Shown here one piece after another: positions 24,791 to 36,009 of a DNA stretch of 64,000 nt. Source of the DNA: Oikopleura dioica (lineage: Eukaryota > Animalia > Chordata); the NCBI GenBank assembly GCA_907165135.1, contig OU015567.1:1550001-1614000 (forward strand). The letters run 5' to 3'. Both the position numbers and the translations under genes were made by a program. The stretch's first letter is position 1. Each line of letters begins with the position of its first letter. The notes beneath the pieces were generated by a model that saw only the letters and a program-made list of their open reading frames with translations, had not been told where the DNA came from and did no database searches.

Positions 24791-25915
24791 AGTGGTTTCC
24801 CTAAAATTATCGTTAGTTCATCCTTTGTTCGCTCTTTCTAGCTGAAGAAATAGCCAGAAAGAGCGCGTTTTTCGCCGCGACGATGCTTTTTGCCGGTGAT
24901 ATCCTTAATTAAGCGGTTACGCGATCAAACTTACTGTAGCACGATTTGTATTGTCACTGTTGACAACAAACGTTGATACAGTAATACAGTAATGCTCTCA
25001 GTAATGGTTGTGTTTGGCTTTTTTCTCAAATCTTAACTAGACGGTTTAAAAATCAAAAAATAGAGCGGTTTTTCGACTTTCAATCTTTCGAAATTCGGGA
25101 TGAAATTCAACTTGAAAGAGACAGTTGTAACTGAAATAGAAAAGATGATAATAGTAATGGCTGAGTAGAGTTTTCTTTGAGCTTACCTGTTGTGAAGGAA
25201 ATTGGAATGTTCGGGTCTTGGGAGACGGGGAAAGGAAGCATACCGGTCGACATGATTCTTTCTATAAAGATTTTTCACAAGCAAGAGAATTTAATAATTA
25301 TGACAAAATCTGAAAAATTGTTGGGGTTATCGTAAAACCAATAATGAATGGGCGAACGGGCAATTGACGGTTTCCTCTTTTTTCTCGTTCTGTGGTCGGA
25401 GGACCCCCTGGGAGCATATTGAGCGGAGGACCTTCGCTCCGCTGTTGATGGAAGACCTACCGCACTGGAAACTTGGAACTTTTACCCGTGAGCTTTGCGA
25501 GTGCTAAAGTTTAGTACTTTTGGTATCTTTTAGTCTACTTTGAGTAGCATTTACGAATTCAGGGATAAAAACAGGGCAAACTACTGTAGTACAAGAAATC
25601 AGAATCTGACACGAAGTAATTTAAAGTCATTTTCTTTCTGCGATGATAATTTTGAATAGCTGTCAATCTTAGAAAGAATTGAAACGACTTCTTTTATTTC
25701 GTTCTGATGAATCGTAAAGGAATGCCGTCTCTGGCCCGGCATCGCTCCGTCGCTCGTAACTTTTTTGCTCAAGTTGACATTTTACGATATTATATTATAC
25801 GACGAGAGTTCTCCTTTCTCAGAGCCAGGCCTCATTCAAATAAAGAAGTAGTTTTTAGCGTGAGACAGAGATTTTAAGTACCGCGGATTAGATCCATTCT
25901 TGAGAAAGCGAAAAA

Positions 25916-27795
25916 ATGGGAAACAAGTGCTGCAAGGTAAATTTCTTTGATTTCAAGATCGCCTAAAAATCATGGAAGAGAAGTTAGAAATTCATCTTTT
26001 ATGAGTCGAAGAAAAACAAGCCTCCTTGATTCGCCTAAGGGGGTTTTAGCCCCCTTGATTTGCCTAAGGGTTAGGGGCGGCGGGACCGATAAGTTATCGG
26101 CGATAACCCCCTACTACCATAATAGGTTCAACTAACAGTGAATACAAGGAACCTTTTTGAATTGAAAATAAATTTCAGAAGAAGACAGTTGTCGAGCCAG
26201 TCGCCGCCACGAAACCAGAGTCGTTAGTCGATAATTACAAGTCAGAAAGAAACTTCCCATCTTTAAACAACCATAAACCTTTTAACACTACCGGTAATGA
26301 CATCTTTTCATAGCCCCCTCCCAGAGCCAGTCCCACAGAAGAAATCGAGCTCTTCAAGTTCATCCAGCGATTCTAGCCGGGCTCCGTAAGTCAATCATTA
26401 GTAGAGTTGAACTAATGGAATGTCAAAGGTCGCCAGTTCCAGCGCCGGTTATTGAAGAAGAAAAGGGGCCAGAAGCGAGTCATGTTCAAACCGTTGAAAT
26501 GGTGAATGATGAGAAAGGAATTGGTCGTAAAATCGCATTAATGTACCTTTGGTCGAAGAATTTCGAGAAAAAAGACTCATTCCAAAACTCAATTCATCAT
26601 GATCCCTTTTTACGATTTAAACGGTCGATTCATAATCACGTTTGTTTTTTTGACCATAACATAAGCTCCTTCATCTTCATCGTCGTCCTCCTCTTCATCT
26701 TCAGAAAGGTGGGAAAGTTCTTAAATATGATTCTTAAAGTCCGTTTAAGTGAAGTAAAAATCTCGTCTGTAGCCGAGCCACCTTCTGAAGTCGTTGAAGA
26801 CAAGGTCTCGTCGGTAGCTGAGCCTCCAACTGAAGATCAAACTGATGTATCCTCTGTTGTTCCAGTTGCCGAAAAGAAACGAACGAGTTCTTCAAGTTCT
26901 TCAAGCTCATCTAGGTAAACTCACCATTTTGGCCTTTTCCTACGATCAAAATTAATTGAATAAATACAGTCGTATTCCTAGAGTAGGCATTTGAAGAACA
27001 TTTTTATGGTCATACGCCAAGGCTTAGTGTTGTTCCGGAACAAAAGACTTCAGACCCGGGACCTAAGGCGTTCAGAGCGGAGCCAACAGGCTCAAACGAG
27101 TCCTCGGATTCTTGAACTTTTGCCAAGGATCACATGAAACGTGACTTTCTTCTCTAGCGCAGGGACACCATTTTTGACTTTTACGACTTCAAATCTGATC
27201 TGATCATTTTAACCTCATTGAGAACAATCTCTAGCTACTAATTTATAGTAAGAAAACAGTCTCATTTGCCAAAACACCAAGTAAAGAAGAAAGTGTTTCT
27301 CTCACTTCTGGTTCAAGTTGTTCAATCTCTGGTGAAGAAGTATCTACCAGTAGTTCCAGTAGTGCCCTTTTTTCCAAAGATTCTGTAGGATCTGTGTCAG
27401 ACACAGAACTGTCGGAGTCAGACGGTCCTAAATCTTCTATTGCAGATCCCTCAAGGTTTCGTATGAAGCCAAATGTTGAACAATTCAAAATTGACAGAGT
27501 TTTGAATAGTTTCATTGATTGCTATTGAATCAAAAAATCAGAGAAAAGCGCAAGAAAAACTTGCTCTTTCAAAAATTTGAATTGATCTGAGGCAAAAAAT
27601 CCCATTTTTTTGAAAATATGGAAAGAAAAAAGACAAAATCTTGAGCTCCAACATTTCAGTTACAGACAACCCCTTTTAATTCATATTTTTAGCTCCAGTG
27701 AAGAAGAAGAAGTCGAGTCCGTAATCCCCAACGCGGCCGAAGCCATTTCTTCCGTCGGTGTCCCACCCAGCGACATCGACTCATCCACCGAATAA
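25916..27795 (+). CDS. Low-complexity Ser/Glu/Pro-rich protein with N-myristoylation/palmitoylation-type start MGNKCCK
   Basis: ATG GGA AAC AAG TGC TGC AAG|gtaaat, then small exons KKTVVEPVAATKPE, PLPEPVPQKKSSSSS, SSVAEPPSEVVEDK and a last exon ...VPPSDIDSSTE*. Confidence 0.7.
27243..27515 (-). CDS. Putative secreted prepropeptide nested antisense in an intron
   Basis: Intronless 90-aa ORF: signal-like MKLFKTLSILNCSTFG, acidic spacer, dibasic LEKR, then ALLELL...LLGVLANETVFLL*. Confidence 0.55.
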   Translation of the reverse strand: MKLFKTLSILNCSTFGFIRNLEGSAIEDLGPSDSDSSVSDTDPTESLEKRALLELLVDTSSPEIEQLEPEVRETLSSLLGVLANETVFLL

Positions 27796-28216
27796 CTTTA
27801 ACAAGACTCTTAGACTACCGAAAAAACATCGCGCCATCAATAACTTTTTTTAACTGCTGGCACGTAAAACAAATCATTTCCTCAAAATGATACTCTCAAA
27901 AATTTATTATGTTCTGCCTCAATTTCAAACAACAAAAAAAAAACGAATCTCAATCATCATCACTTGTCAATAAACAAAAAAAAATACAAGAGGGATTTCT
28001 ATATGCACAAATGATTATTTTTTATTTAAAGAAAGATGGTTTTTTATGTTTTGTAACAGTTTTAAGATGCATAAACGAGTCACATCGACGTCAATTATTT
28101 CTTTGCTCTTTATATCTTCAATTTTTCGCTTTTACTTTGATCCAGGTTCACCTTTTTCCGACTGCGAGTCTCGTTCAACTCAGAGTCGTTAAAAATTTGG
28201 CAAGAAAGGGGGAAAG

Positions 28217-28769
28217 TTACAAATGGTATTGAAACTTGGCGACCGATCCTGGGGAGCTGCCGATGAAATCGTAAATGACGTCTTCTGAAAAAAATGTTTA
28301 GATATAATGTCACATGTTTTATTTACCTTCAGGCTCAGGAACAGGCGGTGGTGGTCGAAATTTTGGGCGAGCGATTGTGTTGTTTGTTTGAGAGTTGTTG
28401 TTTGGAGGAGGGTTTTGGTTGGGGATTCTTTCGTAAATCGTCTCCGTTCGTTGAATGATTGCAGTGGCTTCGCAGGGGACCTGGTCGTAAATTGGCTCCT
28501 CGTTGATGGTCGTGGCTGGAGAGGATCGGTTGGTCATTGCGCTTGGTGGTGGTGTTGCTGGAGGAGTTGGCTAGAAAGGAGTTAGTGATGGAAAAACTGG
28601 GGAAAGCCCTTACCGATTTCTGGAAATCGAAGATTTCTTCTTCCTCATTTGGCGATTCTAGCTCCGGTTTTTCATCCTTCAACTGGTCCATCACCGCCAA
28701 GACGGATTCCAAAATGTCGACATTGCCAAATTCAAAGTTCATGTTCCAGCTCATCACCGACTGTCGCAT
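28217..28769 (-). CDS. Small disordered protein with three IY(D/E)x(I/V) motifs
   Basis: Three exons with GT-AG introns give MRQSVMSWNMNFEF...EEPIYDQV...ETIYERI...PKFRPPPPVPEPE|EDVIYDFIGSSPGSVAKFQYHL*. May have additional upstream exons. Confidence 0.65.
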
Positions 28770-28896
28770 TTTCGAAGTGAGATGAGAGTGAGCAGGTCTT
28801 GAAATCAACAATGAGAACCGGGTCAAAAAAGAACGAGGAAATACCTAAGGCGGACAGAATCGACATCGCTATTTGCTGAGTCGGAGTTGGTGTGAT

Positions 28897-30276
28897 TCAG
28901 GGTGGCCCCCTCGCAATCTGAATTTTTAAAGAGCGGTTAATGAGGTGATAAGAAAGAATCAAAAATGATACTAAGAGGGTGGGGCCAGATGAGTAGCAAA
29001 AGGAATTTAGCCCAATCGGTCGGTCATGGTTAGGTTGAAGTTTTGGTAACATACCTGAGAATTTCGCGCTATTTTCGGAAATAGCGATTTTTGTCATATC
29101 TGGAGAGATTTCCCCGAAACAGTCTCCGCCAGAGCCTTTTTCGTTTTCGACATGATTTCTCAAATGAACAATATTTTTATCAAAAGAAAACGATTCCTAT
29201 GTGTGCCATGTGACTGTAGCTCTCCAAAAGTGGTTTGCCTAAAATATCGTTATTTCCCGAATTCTACAAAGCAATCAATTTCGTTTCAAAATTCGCAAAT
29301 TTGAAAACGCCATGCGACGCTGTTTTAATTTATTTACCGATGTCATCCTTGCATAGCTTTCGCCGTTGTTTGGACTTGTTTCGCGTTCGTTTGTGTTTTT
29401 GCTTCCGTATTTGTTTCTCATCGGAAAAGCCTAAGAAGGTCAAATCAAAGTGAGTTTCAAGGCAAAGGCGGATTTTGGAAACAGACATGTTACAAGTTGA
29501 AATTTTGGCATGCGATGAGCAATTTTTGAAGCAGTTTTTGTTATGACTAGAAATTTTCAAGAGCGTTTTTTAGAAATTTTCTCTTTACAAATCAAATTTT
29601 CTTTTGCAAAAATATAAAAAAAAGACTCTTGAAAACTCGATATTTCAAATATCATATTTGGCTGTTTTTTGAGTATTTTTTTACCATAAGACTGTAATTG
29701 ATAGGAAATTGCTGAGACTAAAAATCACCAGGAAGAATTGTTGATTCTAGTTTTTTTTTCACCTAAGAAAAAACTTTTTCATACCTGAATCTAAGGACAT
29801 CCTGGACTCTCGAGTCGCCATGTTTGTTTCTGAAGAAAATATTATATTTTTTATTTTGATATTCTTGTTTGGAAACTGTATCACTCTGAGTAGTGACGTC
29901 TCACAGAGCGGAGGACCTGCTCATTGGGCTTGTATCGAAGCGATAAAAATCTGTGAGAATATGACGCTCCTGCAGCGACTTCTGATAGTAGAAAAAATGT
30001 TATGAGAGAGTAGCCGGACATGTTTCTGAGATCCTTAGTGTCATTCTTTTTGAAACTGTTAGCAGCCACGCTCATTGCTTCGAAAATCTCGTAACAATTC
30101 TTAGAACCCGTCGAAAGACAATATTTCTTTGTCATAAGGTGCCCAAGCGCGAAAAAAGCGAAGCGTTGTCGGAATCTGGGTTGATGCGCCGTTGTCACAT
30201 TGTTGGCAGATTTATGGCGATCCCATGAACTCGATTTGTGTCCATTCCTCCTTTTCGCTCTCACTCCCCACGTCAA
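28897..30276 (-). CDS. Hypothetical Cys-containing protein (exon-like ORFs 29881-30276, 29330-29560, 28897-29163)
   Basis: Three co-oriented open segments, the last with a hydrophobic stretch GPTLLVSFLILSYHLI; joins not verified. Confidence 0.25.
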
Positions 30277-30651
30277 CCCCTGGTTACCATCAATTCAAGT
30301 GCCCATTAATACAGTCTACAGAAAGGACAAAAGAAACGACTTCACCTACTTTGTAACCTTTGCGCTCAATTAAGCCGCTTCAAAAAAGGATTTAGCTCTG
30401 CTTGACACACATCAGCTCCTGTTCTTTTTTTTTGTTAAAAACTTTAACAATGGGGGAAGTTTTTTTCTTGGCCAAGATTGAAATTTCAATCTTGAGTTCA
30501 CAGATTGAAGTCATTCATTGTTGAGCTTGATCTTGAGCTTGGGATTGTTTTGTTCGGATTTTGAAAGCGGAAAGATTTAAGGTCACGTGATGCAGATTAA
30601 GGGGACCAAGGGCCTTTCAAACTTGATTGTTTCAAGGTAGGCGGAATTCGG

Positions 30652-31404
30652 CAACCTGTGTAAAAACCTGAGTCAGGATTTGATAATTCTTTATGAGAAC
30701 ACAGCGGCAAAAAACTGGCAAAGCCGCAGAGCGGCTTTGTTTTTCTTAAAGCCGCTGCGCGGCTTTTTTTATAGTTCATCTTCAAGTACTTATTTGACTT
30801 GAAATTTTACCTCCTTATTTGACTATTTCATCTTCATCTTCTTTTTTTTCGAAAATCTCTTGCCAGAAAAAAAATATAAAAAAAAAGTTCAAGAAGAATA
30901 TCAATTTCTTAGTTCAAAAACGCCTTGGAGGAAGTTTCAAAGACTTCGTTTTTGTTCCAAGACCCCTTTTTTGTTGTTGATAGTGCTGGGTGATTTTTAT
31001 TTTGAAAATTTTGGACCTTGCCCAAGAAAGGGACAAGGAGACCGCGTTGGGCGACAAGGGCGAGGCGGAAACGCGAATTTGCTCAAAAAGACAGAATTTT
31101 AATCTTGCGGCCAATATCTACAATCAAACTTCCAATGTTTTGACAAGGAGCAAAAACTGGCGTCGAAAATGGGACTCTCTCATGTTCGGTGGATTTCGAT
31201 AAGAAGATGAAGAAAAAGCCGCTTGCGGCTTAAATGAATTGAAGATTTTAAGCCGCCTGCGGCTCAAATCGGCACCCTGTGTAGAAAACCTGAGTCAGGT
31301 CTGAAAAGCTTCGCGGCTTCGTTTTTAAAAAGCCGCGATGCTTCTTAACCTGACTCAGGCTTTCTACCCTTTTCAAACCCTGAGTCAGGCCTCTACGAAG
31401 GTTG
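30652..31404. mobile_element. Remnants of a MITE family with TIR CAACCTGTGTAGAAAACCTGAGTCAGG
   Basis: TIR-like sequences at 30652 and ~31274, inverted end ...ctctacgaaggttg at 31404, internal AAGCCGC/GCGGCTT hairpins; same family as 57799-58008. Confidence 0.7.
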
Positions 31405-31824
31405 GCTCAAGTACAGATTTGCTCCTCAAAGCTATTATATTCCTTCAATTTGACTTACCAAATTGTTGAAATCAAAGAAAGCTGCTTCAAATTTCAGGCT
31501 ATTCTCTCAAGCTACAACAAAAATCTCAGGCAAAGAAGCGATGATTTTCCTTTTCGGAGAATGTTTTTTTATTGCTCGTTTTTTTCAGAGTTCTCTCAAT
31601 TTCTAAAAGCTTCCGCCGTCGTTACTTTTTTTCGAATTTTTTATTTCTCCGAAGTGGAAGGCTTCGCGAATTCCGCTTTGGCGCGTTTTCGCGCATCAGC
31701 GGCGGCGTGAAAGAGCGCCGTGATCGCGCCCTGTCCGACTTCTTTTTTTTTGTATTTCCGTTACGCTCCTTGAGTAAATAGAACTTGATTTTTTCATCTC
31801 AACGGGCGTTTTTACGCTGGGGAC

Positions 31825-32188
31825 CAGGGCTGCTGAATTCGGAGCGTTTGCGTTTGCCCGCGATTTTTTGGCGGAAGATCCGCTGATTTTCTCCGTTTCT
31901 CCGCGCTATTCTCCGATCGTCCGATCGTCCGATTTTATCCGCCGCGCGGATCGTCCGCGATTACCCGCTACCCTATTTCTCTAGCCAATCAAAAGGGAGG
32001 AACACCGTTTAAATTCGTCTTTTCAGCGGAAATTTCGGCGGATTATCCGCGATTCTCCGCTCCCTTTTCTCCGCTTGAAACCGGCGGATCTTCCGTGAAA
32101 AAAACTGCGGATTTTCCGTGAAACAGCTGCGGATTTTCCGCCAAAGAAATCGCGGGTAAACGCAAACGCTCCGAATTCAGCAGCCCTG
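31825..32188. mobile_element. hAT-type MITE (364 bp)
   Basis: TIR CAGGGCTGCTGAATTCGGAGCGTTTGCGTTT; 8-bp TSD CTGGGGAC (31817-31824 and 32189-32196). Confidence 0.92.
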
Positions 32189-32562
32189 CTGGGGACGACG
32201 ATTTGTTGGAAGTCTAGCTGGGGAGGACATTTGGGTTATTAGGACACATTGGCGGGGGATCATTGATTCGTAAATATGCATGTTTCGGTTTTAACGGGGT
32301 CAGATAGACTATCTGAGATAGTGATAAGGATCAGCATTTTTCTCATCGAGAAATCTGTTTTTTTTTGGTTTTTTTCTTAGGAGAATCCATGCTTTATCCT
32401 TCTTGAGGGTTAAATGAATAAATTCCAGAGCTTTTTCACCAAAATTAAAGATAAATATCTTCGTGAAAATATTTTTGAAACTTGAAATTTCAAATTTCGA
32501 AGGAAGAAAATAAACATTTGAATTTTCTTCTATCGAAATACAATGTTTGAGTTACTGAAAAC

Positions 32563-32825
32563 GGGGAGGTGTCTGGAATCGACAAAAAAATCCCGACAAA
32601 AATTTTCAATTTTTTCATGTTAATTTCAATCGCCCACCATTATCTGGTGCGCTAACAAAAATTTCTCGAAACTGCCTAGAAATGTCCATTATGGCCTGAA
32701 AAAGCCATTTCTGCATAGTTTTCAGAAAAAAATTTTCTCAAAAAATTTTAAGAGTATTTTTTCTGAAGTGTCATTTTTTTCAAAATTTTTGTCGGAATTT
32801 TTTTGTCGATTCCAGACACCACCCC
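32563..32825. mobile_element. MITE with GGGG termini and 8-bp TSD (Merlin/IS1016-like signature)
   Basis: TIR GGGG(A/T)GGTGTCTGGAATCGACAAAAAAAT; TSD CTGAAAAC (32555-32562 and 32826-32833). Confidence 0.85.
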
Positions 32826-33410
32826 CTGAAAACAACATAAAAAATCTTTTTATAAGGAAGATTCTTTATTTCAGCCCTTATTTTAACCCGAACCTTACCC
32901 CCTTTAACCCAAGCCCTAACCCTAGCCCAAATAATGTTGACGAGGAGTAAATACGCTTAAATATCACATTAAAATTATGCCAACGTGAAATTATTCGATA
33001 AGCAGCTGACTGATGTCATGCTCCTTAATCCCCTTCTCAAAGTCTTTTTCTAATGCCGATCCCAACATTTTCTTTTTGTGTTAAATCGACCCTATCTCAA
33101 AACAGGCAATATATTTATCTACATGTATTGAATAAGTTTTTCCACAGCCACGTGAGAAACTAAATCAGTGTTTGCGAATTTCGAATTGATGCAGATTTCA
33201 GCTGAAAACGATAATTCCTGTTGCCACATTACATAACTTCATTTGAAGCTGATTTCTGCATGGCGGATCAAGCGAGTCAAAATACGTAAGGATACACTTT
33301 CATCTTTCCCGGCACTTATCGAGTGAGCCACTTCAAATTTCAGTCGCTAATTTCAGTATTTTTCAATGTTGCGTTCAAGGAAATTTTCGCCTAAGCTCGG
33401 AAATCTACGC

Positions 33411-33680
33411 AGAAAACCTGACTCAGGATCCTGAAGGATTTTTACACAGGTTTTCTGACCCTGACTCAGGATTTCAACACAGGTTTTCTGACCCTGACTC
33501 AGGATTTCTACAGAGGTTTTAAGACTCTGAATCAGGACTTCTACACAGGTATTATTAGTAATAATTTATTAATAATTTATTACCCTGACTCAGGATTTCT
33601 ACACAGGTTTTCTTACTCTGACTCTCGATCCCTACACAGGTTTTCTTACCCTGACTCAGGATTTCAACACAGGTTTTCGA
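33411..33680. repeat. 33-bp minisatellite (about 7 units)
   Basis: Unit ACACAGGTTTTCTGACCCTGACTCAGGATTTC(A/T); period 33 (33444 vs 33477). Confidence 0.9.
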
Positions 33681-34621
33681 AAAAAATAATTTATTTTTAC
33701 TTTTAGTTCCATTCTAGTACCGCTAGAATAGCATTTTTCCTTCGAAAAAGAAGTGAGAGCGAAAGTCCCTTTTAGAAGAGAGGGTTTAAAAATAGATTCG
33801 CGTGAATCAAAAGATTTGTTCCAATCAATCTCCTAACCCCGGCTTTGATATTTTTAATGGCGACACGTTTCAGGCTTATCGCCAGAGACCGTAGATTATT
33901 GCTTTAAAAAACGCTTCAAATGAATATTTTTTCAGATTTTTTTTCATGAAAACTCATGTTAAGTAAATTGAATTTTTAAACGCACCTTCTTCTGAAATTC
34001 GATTCTCTTGATTCTGCGGCTCTTTTTCTTTTTCATCAACAGATTGACAGAGCGAAGTGAATGAAAGAAGCTGCATTACGAAAAGAGACTCTCGAGTCGA
34101 AAAATTAATTAACTTGCGAGTTCAACTCCTGTCTCTCTAAGTAGCTGCTCATGTCAGAGAGATCCTCTTGGCTGAGGAGAATTTCTCGTAAATGTCAACG
34201 CTTTTTTCCAAATCAGAAAAAGCATAAACACGTTGTTGTTTTTTCGGGGGTTTTTAGATGCTGAAAATGTCTATGCTAAAGTAAGGAATCAATGATGAAG
34301 GCTTCCTGCAAATGAACCGTACTGCTTTGGCTGCACAGTATTCAGTACTTGAGAACTTGAGAAACCGGGCCTGTTTTTGTATTAATTTATTAAGCTCAAC
34401 CATCTGCCGGAAGAAGGTGACGGTCTACTTGACCTAGCTGTCTATTTTTCGAAGCTGTATCCTCAGAATATATTATAGAGTATATTATATAATATTTTAA
34501 TAAAAATATCAAGATTTTCATCAAAGAGGTAGTGAGACTATTTCAAGTAGTGAATAACACCGGAAATAAATTTAATATAACATGGGCGTTTTCCGCTCAT
34601 TTTCAATCATCTTCGTAGAAA

Positions 34622-35058
34622 ATGACAAAAATCGTTGATTTGATGAATGCGATTATTGAGATCTTTAACGATCACGCTGGTGAAGACAAGATGCTTTCGA
34701 AAGAAGAGCTCATGAAGATGATGGACGAAGGTAACAAGCCAAAGAGGCAGCGTTTTCTTTAAATATCTGTTTAGAAAAGGATGAGATGTTTTCGTCGGAA
34801 GAGATTTCTACTGCGCTTATGGCTGAGTTGGACAAAAATCTCGACGGCAAAGTATCTTTCGACGAGTTCATCAAGTCCATGGCTTTCATCTGCGCACTCG
34901 TCAAAGAGGGACAAGATGATTCTACGGATATACCAAAGTTCAACTTCAACGGAGATCCTACTACATTTCCACAACAGATGGATATGCGAGCGAACATGAA
35001 CAGAGAGAAAAGCATTGGCCGGAAAAAATATAAATTTTCAGCCTTTGAACAGCCATAA
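34622..35058 (+). CDS. S100-like EF-hand calcium-binding protein with C-terminal extension
   Basis: MTKIVDLMNAIIEIFNDHAGEDKMLSKEELMKMMDE|EKDE...LMAELDKNLDGKVSFDEFIKSMAFI: pseudo-EF-hand-like N half plus canonical DKNLDGKVSFDEF loop, with an intron between the two hands. Confidence 0.8.
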
Positions 35059-35628
35059 CTCACGTGATACTCTTTGAAACCAGATGATCCAAGTATCAAT
35101 GGAAAGCTCAGATTCTGAGGATAGGAGGAAAGCAAAAATTTTTCCAAAAATCGGTTTTTGCTGATTGGCCAAAAATTAAAATATTAATTTTCGTCATACA
35201 GAATCGATTTTTTTCAAATTTCTTTTTTTTGCCCCAATCCCTAGAAGCTAAGCTTTCTAAAAATATATCAATCACGTGATTTCATCATCTGTCACGTGAG
35301 ATATGGCAGTTCGTAGAAAATTCATGAAAATGGCCTCAGAATCGCCCCAGGCTATGAAAAAAAGTTTTTTCCAGGTGGTTTCTAGAGTTTAGACGATGAC
35401 AAAAACGGTCAAGATAATGATTTATCCCCAATTTGAAATTTTTGTCAAAATTGAAAATTTATATTTTTTCCGACCATTGATATCGAAGCAATTATGAAGA
35501 AATTAGGAATTAGATTAAAGAAGTAATTCGGAAAGTGATTTTTGCGTTATTTTTACTCAATCATTATTTACTGTTTGACATTAATAAATACCCTCGAAAT
35601 ATTTTCTATTAGTTAGCAGTCTTCTTAG

Positions 35629-36009
35629 CCGTAGAGAGGGGTTATCATTCGAGCCTATGATACGAGCCATCCAATCTCTCTAGAATCTGGGCTATTGGTT
35701 AGGGCTAGGGAGTGGGAACTCTTAAGGGGGGTCCCGGGGGGCATTGCCCCCTGGGTTAGGGTTAGGGGCAGCTCGAATGATAACCCCATACTACCCTTCT
35801 TAGTCGTCTGAAAATGTCCTTAGAAATATCGATAAATTTTAAACGGTAGTAGGGGGTTATCATTCGAGCTTCCCCAAAACCTAAACTTTACCCGGGGGCT
35901 CCAGCCACCCCACCCCCGATAGCCCCCACCTAAGGCTTTAACCAGGGGGCTTCGCCCCCGGACCCTATTGGATGGCTGGAATCATAGGCTCGAAGGATAA
36001 CCCCTCTCT
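35629..36009. mobile_element. Two adjacent, oppositely oriented copies of a short MITE family (TIR GTAG..GGGGTTATCATTCGAGC)
   Basis: Copy 1 35629-35795 flanked by CTTCTTAG on both sides; copy 2 ~35845-36009; GC-rich hairpins and GGGTTAGGG-like motifs inside. Related copies at 38046-38223 and ~26000-26120. Confidence 0.75.

Noticed and set aside
28897-30276. FGF, stanniocalcin or GFRA identity for the Cys-containing ORFs
   Set aside because: Cys spacing and core motifs did not match any of these on inspection.
33411-33680. CRISPR-like regular repeat
   Set aside because: The units are contiguous with no unique spacers, the locus is eukaryotic with no cas genes, and the unit derives from a MITE TIR.
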